From Heptranchias perlo (taxonomy: Eukaryota), in assembly GCF_035084215.1 (NCBI RefSeq), contig NC_090365.1, forward strand, positions 9,176,001-9,240,000: a stretch of 64,000 nt of DNA, read 5' to 3'. A program made the position numbers and the translations under genes. Below, in pieces: positions 11,930 to 24,601 of the stretch (its first letter is position 1; the number at the start of each line of letters is the position of its first letter). Under the pieces are notes generated by a model that made no database searches, was not told where the DNA came from, and saw only the letters and a program-made list of their open reading frames with translations.

Positions 11930-12445
11930 ACAACTTGAATTTATAAAGCGCCTTTAACATAGGAATATGTCCCACGGCTTTTTAGGAGCATAATGAGACA
12001 AAGATTAACACCGAGCCGAAGGAGATATTGGGAGGGGTAACAAAACTTGTTCAAAAGGGAGGGTTTTAAGGAGTGTCTTAGGGGAGAGAGGTGGAGATGC
12101 AAGGAATTCGAGAGCATGTGGCCTAGATGGCTGAAGGCACGGCCACCAATGGTGGGGCGAAGGAACTGGGGGTGTGTAAGAGGCCAGAATTGGAGGAGCA
12201 CGGAGATCTTGGACGGTTATAGGAGGGGGAGGTTACAGAGCTAGAGAGGGGTGAGGCCATGGAGGGATTGAACACAAGAAGTATTGGTGTATCGGGAGCC
12301 AATGTAGATGAATGAACACGGGGTGCTAGGTAAGCGGGACTTGTGGGATAGGATACGGGCAGCAGAGTTTTAGATGAGCTCATGTTATGGAGGGTGGAAG
12401 ATGGCAGGCCGGCCAGGAAATCAATGGAATAGTCAAGTTTGGAGG
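11930..12445 (-). mobile_element. L2-like LINE 3' fragment
   Basis: Degenerate ORF (RPTIGGRAFS...) and 3' tail shared with the other copies. Confidence 0.65.
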
Positions 12446-12914
12446 TAACAAAACTCTTCTAATCTATCGGGTTTTCTGCCATTTCCTCTCCCAATTTTCA
12501 AAACAATTATTAGTCCTTATGATTTTCATGGAAGGGAGAGTGGAGTTACAGAATTCAGATCAAAATTTAGCTACAAGCTTTAATTTTAGTCAGTATGGAT
12601 TTAATCAGTAATACATTGGAAAGGAACAAATAAGAGTAAGACAATAATAAAAACCCGTAAAATGTTTCATGAAGTATAATGTGAAAAAGTCCTCAGTACC
12701 TCTTCCCCCCCCCCAAACCCCCCACCCCCACCCCAGAAATCTGGCACACCAGTCTGTACATGATGCAGGCGATTGATGCTCCCCATCGATATGGTCTACT
12801 CCCTGTGCCAAATTGGGTTAAGTGCTGTATGTGATGTCTCTGGGTCTATGGGGTTTAAGCGTATTTTTGAATCCATGGGCGGGGGATTCAGATTTAACCT
12901 GAAGGAGGCTAATG

Positions 12915-13360
12915 TACCCATCACCCCTGTACTTCCTGATCTACATTGCCTCCTGGTTCAGCAAAGCCTCGAATTTAAAATTCTCATCCCTGTGTCCAAA
13001 TCTTTCCATGCCCCCACCCCTCCCCATCTCTGTAACCTCCTCCAGCCCTAACAACCCTCCGAGATCTCTGTGCTCCTCCCAATTCTGGCCTCTTGTACAC
13101 CCTGATTTCCTTCGCCCTACCACTGATGGCCGTGCTTTCTGCTGCCTAGGCCCTAAGCTCTGGAAATCCTTCCTTAAACCTCTCCGCCTCTCTTCCTTTA
13201 AGACCCTATTTAAAATCTATCTCTTTGACCAACATTTTGGTCACCTGCCCTAATATCTTCTTATGTGGCTTGGTTTCAAGTTTTGCGTGATAACGCTCCT
13301 GTGAAGCGCCTTGGGATTTTTTACTACGTTAAAGGTGCTATGTCAAGGCATGTTGTTGTA
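12915..13360 (+). mobile_element. L2-like LINE 3' fragment
   Basis: ITPVL.DLH.L.V...FKIL and GRAF..LGPKLW.S motifs typical of the L2 ORF2 C-terminus; ttg tail. Confidence 0.7.
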
Positions 13361-14574
13361 AATGCACTGGAGTCAAATTTCCTCATTGTCATATGGGTTT
13401 GCAATTCGCCCGTGGGATAAGGGAGCCACTTTTAGCAGTGCCACCACTGTGCTCATAGATATCGCTTTCCCAAGAAACAAACTACAGAAGCACCAAAAGT
13501 AAATGAAAGCAGCTTTCCTCATTTACCAGGTTATCCCATTGCTTTCTCTTTAATGATATGATTCACACTATGCTTGCCCTCTCGTCTCCATCCTGCCTGT
13601 TATCCTACATTGTCCCTCCTGCTGTCCCTCAGACCCAGTACAGTAGCTCCATTGGATCAGTTATCCGCTGAAGATGCTACCTTATGATGGGCCATAGTTC
13701 CACCCGAACCCTCCAGTGATTTGCCCAAGTAGTCATTCATTTCTGAGCCTAAGTAGCGAGCGTCAGCGGGTTGATTGACCGAAGGGGACAACACGACAAA
13801 GTCTCATTCCTGTTCACACTGGGCTGGGCATTTACTAACTGAGCAAGCAGATTGTCTGAATTGATATTGTCATTAAAAGCAAGCTGACGTTTACTGTCGT
13901 GCTCCACATATTGATTTGCAGATTTGGGCAAATCCAACATCTGTGACTAAACTAACCTTCAGCTGGCAAGGAAGTCAACTAAGATTGATGAAAATATTTT
14001 AGACAATGTCCAACAAATACAAATAAAACGATTGGATGTTTCTGATGCTAATGATCACACAGGTTAGATCTCACACACACTATCACACAGAGACTTCGAA
14101 ACAGGTCATTGGAGGAGAAGGGAAGTACAGGGCTGGTTTGTGATGGGGTTAATCTCCATCTTGAGAGGCGATCCTTTGCCACTGGGTTTTCAAACTGGAG
14201 TCTGTCGATCCTAAGCGGGGTCTGTCAGGAAATATTACAATTAATGTCAGTCATAATTGCATAACACTCAGCACCACTGACCATATTGGGGAGGGAACCC
14301 ATTTATCCTGAGTGATATTCTACTTACCCAGTCACAGTTTGTGTGCAAGGCGTTTGTCTTTTAAGTGACGTCACACCCAGAACCAGAGGATCGGGACAGT
14401 TGCTGCTGGGTGTGCTTCATTTGCGTTTCTGGTTTGTGATGTACATGCCCCCCTCTCCCGTGCAGTTCTGTATTGTTGGAGGTGCGTTGCTTTGGACGAT
14501 TCGTTAAACTGAGTGTCTTTCTACCTGTTCCACTGCAGCGTGTCCTCCATCAAACAATAACAGTTTTAACCTTT

Positions 14575-15003
14575 GCTCAGTGGGTAGCACTCTCGCCTCT
14601 GGGTCAGAAGGTTCAAGTCCCACTCCAGAGACCTGAGCACAAAATCTAGGCTGAGACTCCCAGTGCAATAGAGGGAGCTCTGCACTGTTGGAGGTGCCGT
14701 CTTTTGGACAAGACGTTAAACCGAGGCCACGTCTTCCCCCTCGGGTGGATGTAAAAGATCCTATTTGAAGAAGAGCAGGGGAGTTCTCCCCGGTGTCCTG
14801 GCCGACAATTATCCCTCAACCAACAAAACTGAAAAAAACAGATTATCTGGTCATCATCTTTGCTGTCTGTGGGACCTTGCTGAGCGCAAATTGGTTGCTG
14901 TATTTCCTACATTACAACAGTGACTACGCTTCAAAAGTACTTCCTTAGCTGTAAAGCGCTTTGGGACGCTTCATGAAAGGCACTATATAAATGCAAGTTC
15001 TTT
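14575..15003 (+). mobile_element. tRNA-derived Deu-domain SINE (SacSINE1-like)
   Basis: tRNA-like A and B boxes (gctcagtgggtag...ggttcaagtccc), conserved core and LINE-like tail (tatataaatgcaag). About ten homologous copies in the window. Confidence 0.75.
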
Positions 15004-15409
15004 TACCACCAGAAACAGATTAGCTGGTCATTGTGCAGATCACTTACACTATGATCGTCCCCACTGCGAGACAGGCTACAGGCACAGCTAGTCTGACCTG
15101 GAGGGGGAGATGAGCAATGGGGAATATTCAGTGTCTCACATAAGGCGCTAGTTGCTTGTTAGCCTGGCCACAACCATAATTTTAATAAAATGGTGACTTT
15201 TGTCAATTGTTGCTTAAAACAGCTTATGGGGGTAACTGGGTGGTGCAGGGGGCTAGGCAGGTGTTTCACCTCAAGGGACTTGGGTTCAGATTGATGGGAT
15301 GAGTGACTCCACTCTCTCTGTAAGGGTCCTCTGTGAAATGAGTTGGGGCAGTCTCAATGCAGTTCCTTGTGGGCATGGCCACACAGAACAGATCTTTCTT
15401 CTTCTTGTT

Positions 15410-15800
15410 TAATAACTTTGAACAAAACAAAGGGAAACTTATAAACTAAATTATATTATTCCCAGTGTCCACAAATTGCTGCAGTCCCTGCGGTGCCCAC
15501 CGTTCGCGGAAGGCCTCAAATGTACCAGCGGACACCACCTGCTCCTTCTCCAGGGCCACCCTGGCGCAGTCAAGACTGCGGAAGTGATGTAGGCAGCCAG
15601 AGCGACCACAACTTCCCCCCCGTCCCCTTGGGCCGCGGCCATCCTGGACCTATAGCTGGCCACCTTGGCCAGGCCCAGGAGCAGACCCACAAGGTCCACA
15701 GACTTGCCGTCTCCAATTCATCAATTTCACTCTAAAAACTCACTGGGTGAATGGTGTGGACCTGTTCACCAGTGTCTCAGCACACTGAGGTGGGGGGGGG
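15410..15800 (-). mobile_element. L1/Tx1-like LINE 3' ORF2 remnant
   Basis: Degenerate ORF (DLVGLLLGLAKVA.Y.SR) resembling a Tx1-type ORF2 C-terminus. Confidence 0.45.
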
Positions 15801-16109
15801 AGAATCAGAGGGGGAAAGGGTTAACCAGAAAGCAGGCTCTGGATTAGATTTTTTTTGTCTGATTACGCCTCAGTGAAGTGCCTTGCGACATTTTTCTACA
15901 TTAAAAGGCACTGTATAAATGCAGTGTTGTTGGAGATAAGGGTTCAGTAGAGTGAAACAAAAGGAGCTGGAGAAACACAGTACAACTCTGAAAGCAGATT
16001 AACTTGCAACATTTGGCAGTGTTCAAATCAATGTAGATTCCTGTTTACGATGGGACGGTATTATCCCGGGATCACACTGCCTCCCTTATACACTATTCAT
16101 TGAATCATG

Positions 16110-16742
16110 GACTCTTACAGCACAGAAGGAGGCCATTCAGCCCATCGTGCCTGTGCTGGCTCTTTGAAAGAGCTATCCAATTAGTCCCACTATTTCCCCA
16201 CAGCCCTGCATAACTTTCCTTTTCAAGTATAAAGCCAATTCCATTTTGAAAGTTACTATTGAATCATCATAACTCGCAGCGTAAAAAAAAAAATTCTCAT
16301 CTCCTCTTTGGTTCTTTTGCCAATTATCTTCCTCTGTGTCCTTCCTCTGTGTCCTCTGGATACTGACCTTCTCACCAGTGGAAACAGTTTCTCTTTATTT
16401 ACTTCATCAAACCCCCTCCTCTATTAAATTTCCCCGTAACTTTCTAAGATCTCTGCGCTCCTCCAATTCTGGCCTCTTACGCATCCCCGATTTTCTTCGC
16501 TCCTCCATTGGCAGCCATGCCTTCAGCTGCCTGCGCCCTAAGCTCTGGAATTCCCTCCCTAAACCTCTCCGCCTCTCCTCCTTTAAGACGCTCCTTAAAA
16601 CCTACTTCTTTGACCAAGCTTTTGGTCACCTGTCCTAATATCTCATGCGGCTCGGTGTCAAATTTTGCCTGATAACGCTCCTGTGAAGTGCCTTGGCACA
16701 TATTACTACTTTAAAGGCGTTATATAAATGCAAGTTGTTATT
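16110..16742. mobile_element. Adjacent CR1 3' fragment (minus) and L2-like 3' fragment (plus)
   Basis: Homology to the other CR1 and L2 copies in the window. Confidence 0.65.
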
Positions 16743-17159
16743 GTAAGGAGAACAATCCCAGTGTCTCTAGTCTCTCCACGTTGCCAATACTCAATACTTA
16801 TTGCCAAATACAGCATGTACCTTGATGGGCTCGCACCTTTTCGGAGAACACCCCCCGAAAGAGTTAGAATGTAAACCATGAACAGACTTGAAATAATATC
16901 TCTATGCAGTCTCTCATTTTCACACTTCTTTAATTGCAAAAATCTGACAAAGGCACGACTAGTCTGATGGACCAGTGATTGGGGTGCTAGTCTTACACTA
17001 CACCTAGTTTACAGTAACACCAACCTGACACTTAGGACAAATCCTTTAATCAATACCTAACTCACTGGAAATCAAACACCCCGACACCTTCTGAAGGCTT
17101 TTACAAACCACCTCCAATAAACAGCTGTGTCTGTGAAGGAACAGTCAGTCCAACAGTCA

Positions 17160-17243
17160 AATAAAGCTGTTGGACTATAACCTGGTGTTGTAAGATTCCT
17201 TACATTTGTCCACCCCAGTCCATCACCGGCATCTCCACATCAT
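17160..17243 (+). mobile_element. Penelope-like terminal fragment
   Basis: Nearly identical to 26110-26193 (ttggactataacctggtgttgtaagattccttacatttgtccaccccagtccatcaccggcatctccacatca). Confidence 0.75.
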
Positions 17244-17765
17244 TTCTCGATTAGCAGACGACTGTGGGTAGATGTGTCGGTTATCGGTCCTCCTTTTCAA
17301 GCCTTGCGAGAAATAAAGTGGCATATGTTGGGTATTTTTTTTTTTGAAAAGGATAAATTTGAAGTACACAAATTTAATTTTGAGAAGATAGAAACTATTT
17401 GGAGGAGAGACCGCAGGCTGTCATACTGGAGCTGTAGGGTGCTCTGATTAGGCTACACCTTGAATACTGCCTTCAGTTCCGGTCGCCAAGGCATGGGAAC
17501 CTCCAGACCCTGACGGTGAGAAGGACCACAAAGCTGATCTCTAGTGTCAGAGAACAAGGAAATATTAGAAAAACCTCTTAAGCCCTAAAAGGTGAAGGAG
17601 AGCGGTCCTTAGAGAGTTATACAAGATGCTACAAATATAAAAAAGGATAATCTGTACCAATTTTACAAGTTAAAACATGGCATAGCTACAAGCTGGCAAA
17701 AGGCAAGTTCAGGACTGATTTCAGGAAGTACTTTGTCACACCTGTCACACTAAATCACACAAGTC

Positions 17766-18335
17766 TTGTTACAATTGTACAGGGCTTTGGTGAGACCTCA
17801 CCTGGAGTACTGTGCACAGTTTTGGTCTCTTTATCTAAGGAAGGATATACTTGCCTTAGAAGCGGTCCAACAAAGGTGCACTAGATTGATTCCTGGGATG
17901 AGAGGGTTGACCTATGGGGAGAGATTGAGTAGAATTGGCTTATACTGCCTGGAGTTTAGAAGAATGAGAGTGATCTCATTGAAACACATAAGATTCTGAG
18001 GGGGCTTGACAGGGTAGATGCTGAGAAGCTGCTTCCCCTGGCTGGAGAGTCTAGAACTAGGGGGCATAGTCTCCGGATAAGGGGTCGGCCATTTAAGACT
18101 GAGATGAGGAGGAATTTCTTCACTCAGAGGGTTGTGAATCTTTGAAATTCTCTACCCCAAAGGGCTGTGGATGCTCAGTCATAAGTATATTCAGGGCTGA
18201 GGTAGATAGATTTTTGGACTCCAGGGGAATCAAGGGATATGGGGATCAGGCAGGAAAGTGGAGTTGAGGTCAAAGATCAGCCGTGATCTTATTGAATGGC
18301 GGAGCAGACCTACTCCTGCTCCTATTTTTTATGTT
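17766..18335 (+). mobile_element. CR1 LINE 3' fragment
   Basis: LYRALVRPHLEYCAQFWS...LEAVQ.R.TRLIPG, the CR1 RT C-terminus. Confidence 0.85.
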
Positions 18336-19462
18336 CATACAGAGTGAACGATATCCGGAAAGGGCTTCAGGAAGGGGAGTGGGGCAGAAACACGGGAATT
18401 GTTCCAGGTGGAATTTGGATGCAGTGATAGGAAAGTGGGATCGTGGGTTTTTATACTAGAATAAGGTAGATGGGTACAATGGCCTCCCTCATTGTTGAGG
18501 GTAGTCCCAAAATACATGCTGCATGGGGTTCCCTCCTACCTGAGGTCTTTGAAGCGTTTCTCCTTTCTCAATAAGTCGGCTAGCTGGCATTTACGATAGG
18601 TGAAGTTAAGATACAGATCGGCCATGATCTAACTGAATGGCGGAACAGGCTCGAGGGGCTGAATGGCCTAATCCTGTTCCTATTTTCAGAGGAAACATGT
18701 TGATAAAGAAACTAGATCAAAAATCAGTCACATACTTGGGTAAGCACTTTACAATGAACAAATAAAAGTGAAGCTTCCCTGGTAGGTCAGTAAAGGCACG
18801 GCCATAGATAACACTAAATCCTACAGTTCAGATTGTCCCTGACTCAATTCCTACTGAGTTTGCAGATCCAACCCAGGGTGGTTGTAGAAAAGCTACAAAT
18901 GGCCTCAGAACCCCTGGGCTAAGGAAGAGGGGGGAAAATAAAATCAGCTAGGGTTCTTACTCCTGATTGCTATCCAATAATCCCTGCTGGAAAAATGTGT
19001 GAATGTCAGGTGGGGTCAGAAGTATGGCATTCTGCGGTCAAAAGCCCTGCCGACACTCACTGTCTGGGCTCGCGCATAAAGGATGGTGATTTGGGCAGGG
19101 TTCTGGATGTCTGACAGTCCCTGTGGAACCGAACCCCTTCAAGAGGCAACATTTTCAGGAGAAAATTGGAACAGAAAAAGGGAGGGATTGGGAGAAGGGT
19201 ACCAAATACACCCAGCTTGCAACAAATATTGACTTCCGAATTTCTTCATCCAGCACCTTGCTGAAGACTGTTCTGAGCCATGAATGCATTCAGATTTGTC
19301 GCCCAAGTCTCTCACTATTGAGATACTTATTCGAAGAGGGTGGGGGGAGAAACCATTTTTTCCTGAAGCCTCAAGATTACAAATCACCACTGACATTAGG
19401 CAGAAGCAAACCTACAAGGGATGGTGACTCCAATTTAAAAAGCCGTTGATTGGCTGTGAAAA

Positions 19463-19793
19463 GAAAGACTTGCATTTATATAGCGCCTTTCACAACCACA
19501 GGACGTCCCAAAGCACATTACAGCCAATGAAGTACTTATGAAGTTTAGTTACTGTTGTAATGTAGGAAATGCAGCACTCCCTGCTCTTCTTCCAATAGTG
19601 CCATGGGATCTTTTACGTCCAGCTGACAGGGCAAACGGGGTCTCGGTTTAACATCCAATCCGAAAGACGGTGCCTCCTACAGTGCAGCACTCCAGCAGTA
19701 CTGCACTGGAGAGTCAGCCTAGATTTTGTGCTCAAGTCTTTGGAGTGGGACTTGAACCCACAACCAGAGGCGAGGGGTGCTACTACTGAGCCA
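19463..19793 (-). mobile_element. Deu-domain tRNA SINE, internally deleted
   Basis: Reverse-complement homology to 14575-15003. Confidence 0.7.
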
Positions 19794-20032
19794 CAAAGCA
19801 ATGGGAAATCCTAAGGTCGTGAAAGGTACTATATAAATGCTAGCTTTTTCTTAATGTGTGAGAAATACAAGCCCCAATCCAAAATACTCGTGGATAAGCT
19901 TCCTTTTATAACCCACTAAGATCCCATATGCCACCCATAAACCACTGTGATTGACTCTTAACTGTCCTTTGAAGTGGCCGAGCAAGCCACTCAAATATAT
20001 CAAAACAGCCACAACTGTAGTGGTTCAAGAAG

Positions 20033-21153
20033 CCATGATGTGGAGATACCGGTGATGGACTGGGGTGGACAAATGTAAGGAATTTTACAACACCAGGTTA
20101 TAGTCCAACAGTTTTATTTGAAAATCACAAGCTTTCGGAGCTTTCGTCTTTCATCAGGTGTGTGAAGGTTTCCATCAAAGCACCGCATATATAGTCACAG
20201 CACAATGCCTGGTGATTACAGATAATCTTTCCAACTGCCTGTTATCACACCTCTGCATGGATGGTGTTCAGACAGGGGAACATTACACCTAAGACCATTG
20301 AATACGCAAGCGGTCAGATTACAAAGACAGAGAGAGAGAGAGAGAGACAAAGAATGGCCAGTTGTATTAAAAACAGATAACTTATTTCCCCCCCCCCCAG
20401 TGGGATTACATGTAGCGTGACATGAACCCAAGATCCCGGTTGAGACCGTCCTCATGGGTGCGGAACTTGGCTATCAATTTCTGCTCGATGATTTTGCGTT
20501 GTCGTGTGTCTCGAAGGCCGCCTTGGAGAACGCTTACCCGAAGATCGGAGGCTGAGTGTCCTTGACTGCTGAAGTGCTCCCCGACTGGGAGACAACGGAT
20601 GAACGGGCACCGCACAACAATCGCCAGACAGGAGGGTTCCCTACCAGTCGGGCAACACTTCAGCAGTCAAGGACACTCAGCCTCCGATCTTTGGGTAAGC
20701 GTTCTCCAAGGCGGCCTTCGAGACACACGACAACGCAAAATCATCGAGCAGAAATTGATAGCCAAGTTCCGCACCCATGAGGACGGCCTCAACCGGGATC
20801 TTGGGTTCATGTCACGCTACATGTAACCCCACCGGGGGAGGGGGGAAATAAGTTATCTGTTTTTAATACAACTGGCCATTCTTTGTCTCTCTCTCTCTGT
20901 CTTTGTAATCTGACCGCTTGCGTATTCAGTGGTCTTAGGTGTAATGTTCCCCTGTCTGAACACCATCCATGCAGAGGTGTGATAACAGGCAGTTGGAAAG
21001 ATTATCTGTAATCACCAGGCATTGTTCTGTGACTATATATGCGGTGCTTTTGATGGAAACCTTCACACACCTGACGAAGGACGAAAGCTCCGAAAGCTTG
21101 TGATTTTCAAATAAAACTGTTGGACTATAACCTGGTGTTGTAAGATTCCTTAC
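20033..21153. mobile_element. Penelope-like element in inverted (palindromic) arrangement
   Basis: Inverted arms of about 515 bp (about 20074-20591 / 20641-21154). Both encode a GIY-YIG endonuclease C-terminus (LPVG.HFS...EQKLI..F.T...GLN.D) and a hammerhead motif. 14-bp direct repeat AGTGGTTCAAGAAG at 20019-20032 and 21154-21167. Confidence 0.88.
21068..21102 (+). ncRNA. Minimal hammerhead ribozyme motif
   Basis: cac-CTGACGA-agga...ctcc-GAAA-gctt-gtg. A mirror copy lies on the minus strand at about 20126-20160. Confidence 0.55.
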
Positions 21154-21411
21154 AGTGGTTCAAGAAGGCGGTGGACCACCACCTTCTCAGGGCAGTAAAT
21201 GCCGACCGTGCTAGTGATGCTCACATCCTGAGAATGAATTTTAAAAACTGCCTCCCTTACTTTCTCTGGTTGGATTTTTTTTTTAGTTGCAGATTTATTT
21301 ATCCAGAGCAATCCTGCACAGGGCAGAAAATTCAGTCTCAATTAATTTTTTTTCCTTTTCGCTTTCCTCTCTATTTATCTTTTTTTTTTGCTTTAACTTC
21401 TAACAGGCCGC

Positions 21412-21729
21412 TCACTGCAGCTCGTCCAGTAGGTGCTCCAGCTTCTCCCTCTTGGTCCCCGAAAACTCTCCCATCTTGGTCTCCCGCTTGTAGAAGTGAA
21501 AGGTTGGCATGCAGGTGATGCCGGAGGACCGGGCCAGCGGCTCCGCGTCGTCCACGTCCACCTCCACGAAGACGATGTTGTTGAGCTGCTCGGAGAGGTT
21601 GTAGAAGTGCGGTCGGATCATCCGGCAGTTGCCGCACCATTCGGCCGAGAACATGATGACCACCAGCTTCTCCGTCTGGCTCAACAAGGTCTCGAACTGC
21701 TTGGCATCCCCCACGTGTTTCACCACCAT
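21412..21729 (-). CDS. Thioredoxin-like protein 3 of the cluster, WCGNC motif; single exon
   Basis: The strong-Kozak ATG at 21729 gives 105 aa, the length of canonical TXN. Sequence KLVVIMFSAEWCGNCRMIRP...EVDVDD...CMPTFHFYK...GEFSG. Upstream in-frame ATGs fall in promoter-like sequence. Confidence 0.92.
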   Translation of the reverse strand: MVVKHVGDAKQFETLLSQTEKLVVIMFSAEWCGNCRMIRPHFYNLSEQLNNIVFVEVDVDDAEPLARSSGITCMPTFHFYKRETKMGEFSGTKREKLEHLLDELQ

Positions 21730-21975
21730 GCTGCTTCCGGCTCCGTGCCCCGCCCACTGGGCCTCAGCCCCGCCCCCAATCCCCATAGTGACGAGTGTCG
21801 ACGTCAACCTCCTCCGCTCCCATTGGCTAATTCTCATTGGCCATTCCTGATCACACGATTGCTACTTTTTTTATGAATGAATGGGTGGCAAGCCCTCAGC
21901 TCCATTGGCCGGAATGTGGATGATTGACGGTGCAAGGAGCCTATCAGAAAGGCGTCCCTGTGCCCACCAATTGGT
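21730..21975 (-). promoter_or_regulatory. Promoter of Trx-like gene 3
   Basis: GC boxes near 21748-21777, TGACG at 21789, CGACGTCA at 21799-21806, and ATTGG at 21822 and 21836. Confidence 0.6.
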
Positions 21976-22189
21976 ATTTTTAAATTTCAAAATATATTTT
22001 ATTTCAAAAAAATTAAAAATACCACAATTCCAAAGCAATACAATGTGGATCGTAAACAATAAGATTCCAACATTACAATTTAAAACATAGTGTATATCAT
22101 ATATCTGTGCTGTATCTTTTCTATAGTTCTATATATCCATTTTTTCAGACAGCAAGTGCTGGTAATGGTTCTGCTGTTGCCATTTACAG

Positions 22190-22485
22190 CTACTCTAAAC
22201 GGATCTTTTGTTTCTTAACCTGTCCCATTACCACCCTTGTTTGCTTTGCACCATTATCCCTTTTGTCATTTAATCACCCTTTTGTCCTTTCCCCCCACCC
22301 TTCCCTGGCTCTGAACTTGCTTAAAAACTTTAACTCTTTAATATCTTCCAGTTCTGACAAAAGGTCTTCGACCTGAAACGTTAACTCTGTTTCTTTCTCC
22401 ACAGACGCACCCTCACTTGCTGAGCTTTTCCAGCATTTTCTGTTTTTATTTCAGATTTCCAGCATCCGCAGTATTTTGCTTTTGA
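22190..22485 (+). mobile_element. Second Penelope-like family fragment with degenerate hammerhead
   Basis: ctgacaaaaggtcttcgacctgaaacgttaac...tccagcattttctg. Related copies at about 26615-26720 and 40475-40645. Confidence 0.55.
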
Positions 22486-22499
22486 CATATCTTATAATG

Positions 22500-22722
22500 C
22501 ACGCAGTAAAATACAAGGTGGGATGGCCTTACACGGTGGCCTTTCCCCATACAGCCTTTGCGTAGGTCACACCCTGCCTCAGTGCATCCTGCAGCACGTA
22601 CTCCTGGACCTCGGAGTGTGCCAGTCGGCAACACTCGGTCGTGGACAGCTCCTTCAGCTGGAAGACCAGCAGGTTTCGGGCGGACCAAAGGGCCTCCTTC
22701 ACTGAGTTGATGGTCTTCCAGT
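22500..22722 (-). mobile_element. L1/Tx1-like LINE ORF2 C-terminal fragment
   Basis: WKTINSVKEALWSARNLLVFQ...ECCRLAHS; homologous to 24900-25105. Confidence 0.65.
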
Positions 22723-22809
22723 TGATCATACTGTTTGCCACCTCCGCATCCTATTCAATACTGAGCTGAGTTTCGGACTGATAGATAGAGGAATCCACGC
22801 CCTCCATAA

Positions 22810-23376
22810 GGGAAACGTGGCAGCCAATTTGCGCACAGCAAGGTCGCATAAGGCACAGCAGGGACTGGAGTGTATAGTTGACATCGGCAACAACATTATG
22901 ATTTAATTTGATAAGTTTCCTTTCTCTTTGGTATGATTTGGGTATTTATTGTTTGTGCCCCTCTAAAAAGGGGGCACTTTTGTTAGATTTCTATTATTTT
23001 GAGTTGATGACACTGAGACAACCCAGTGTCTCCCAACGGGTTTATTAAATAGAGGCAGGGTCCCAAAAACAGCAGTGAGATAATGACCAGACAATCTGGG
23101 GTTTTGTTCAGTTGTTGGTTGAGGGATAAATATTGGCCAGGACACCAGGGACAACTCCCCTGCTCTTCTTCGAATAGCACCGTGGGATCTTTTACGTTCA
23201 CCTGAGAGGGCAGACGGGGCATCGGTTTAACGTCTCATCCGAAAGACGGCACCTCCGACAATGCAGCACTCCCTCAGTACTGCACTGGAGTGTCCGCCTG
23301 GATTTTGTGCTCAAGTCTCTGGAGTGGAACTTGAACCCATGACCTTCTGACTCGGGCAAGAATGCTACCCACTGAG
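22810..23376 (-). mobile_element. Deu-domain tRNA SINE, interrupted
   Basis: Reverse-complement homology to the SINE at 14575. Confidence 0.65.
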
Positions 23377-23869
23377 GCATGGCCGGCAAAGTGGAAGGTG
23401 GAAGTATTGCTGCAGTCCTTATCAAATACAATATGCTACGTTTACATAACCGTGTTTGGAGTTTTGTCTGGGAAGAAGTTGAAGACCCCATTACCGAGCA
23501 CTTATGTGGTCTTCACATGGTGTATAAGTAGTAGAAGAGGCAGCTGGGATGGCTAGTCCTCTCTTGATGTGGGATGTGCCTGGCCTCTGTTCAGCCCCTC
23601 CCCACTCGGAAGGGCTGAGATCTGGAACTCAGCATGTCAGTGTGATCCAGGCCACACCAATCCATGATACCCTGATATATAGGCTCATTTTAATGTACTG
23701 TATTGTAGTGGGAATTTATAAAAAAACATTTTCATTGCAACATGGTTTATTTAACAATCATTTTTTTTTGTCAATGGTTTTGAAGAAAAAAAGACAGATT
23801 GGGTCAGACTATATTTTTGTTTCCTGAAAATGCACATTAACCACCCTCCAGTGCCTCACCCTAGCTCTC

Positions 23870-24255
23870 TTGCCTCTGAGTTTGCAGGTCGTGGGTTCAA
23901 GCTGCATTCCACAGACTTGAGCAAATAATCTAGGGCTGACCGTTCCGTGCAGTACTGAGGGGGTGCTGTCTTTTGGATAAGACATTAAACCGAGGCCCCG
24001 TCTGCCCTCTCAGGTGGACGTAAAAGATCCCATGGTAATATTTGAAGAAAAGCGGCATTCTCTCCGGTGTCCTGGCCAATATTTATCCCTGAACCAACAT
24101 CATAAGACAGATTACCTGGTCATTGCTCTTTGTGGGAACTTGCTGTGCGCAAATTGGCTGCTCTGTTTCCTTACATTACAACAGTGACCACACTTCAAAA
24201 ATACCTCAGTGGACTGTGAAGTGCTTTGAGACATCCTGAGGATGTGAAAGGCATT
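23870..24255 (+). mobile_element. Deu-domain tRNA SINE
   Basis: Homology to the SINE at 14575. Confidence 0.7.
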
Positions 24256-24601
24256 TTCTAGCATGAGCCATTGGAAGACAGTAAGAGTGGAGAATACTGG
24301 TTGATATTTCCTCCCCCTGTAGCCCAGGGATACTGAGACAAGTTGCAGAAACCCAGCTGTTGCCTTGGCTGAAATCAGCTAGCTAAAGGCCCTTTCACAT
24401 TATGGCCCAGTGCAGTCAAGCTGATGGGAAAGTGACACCAACATGACTTCCCTACACTGATCTCTCATTTTTACATTTGTTGCCAGTCTGCCTCAGGCTA
24501 ATTGTGGAGGAAGATTCAACAGCAAACTGGGTGAGGAATGAATAAATTGGGTTTGCACTGTCACCTGTATAAGGTAGGTCAATGGATTTGCACATTGATT
24601 G

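Noticed and set aside
21730-21837. 36-aa N-terminal extension of Trx3 in the ORF track
   Set aside because: It overlaps CRE and CCAAT promoter motifs, and the ATG at 21729 has better context and gives the canonical 105 aa.
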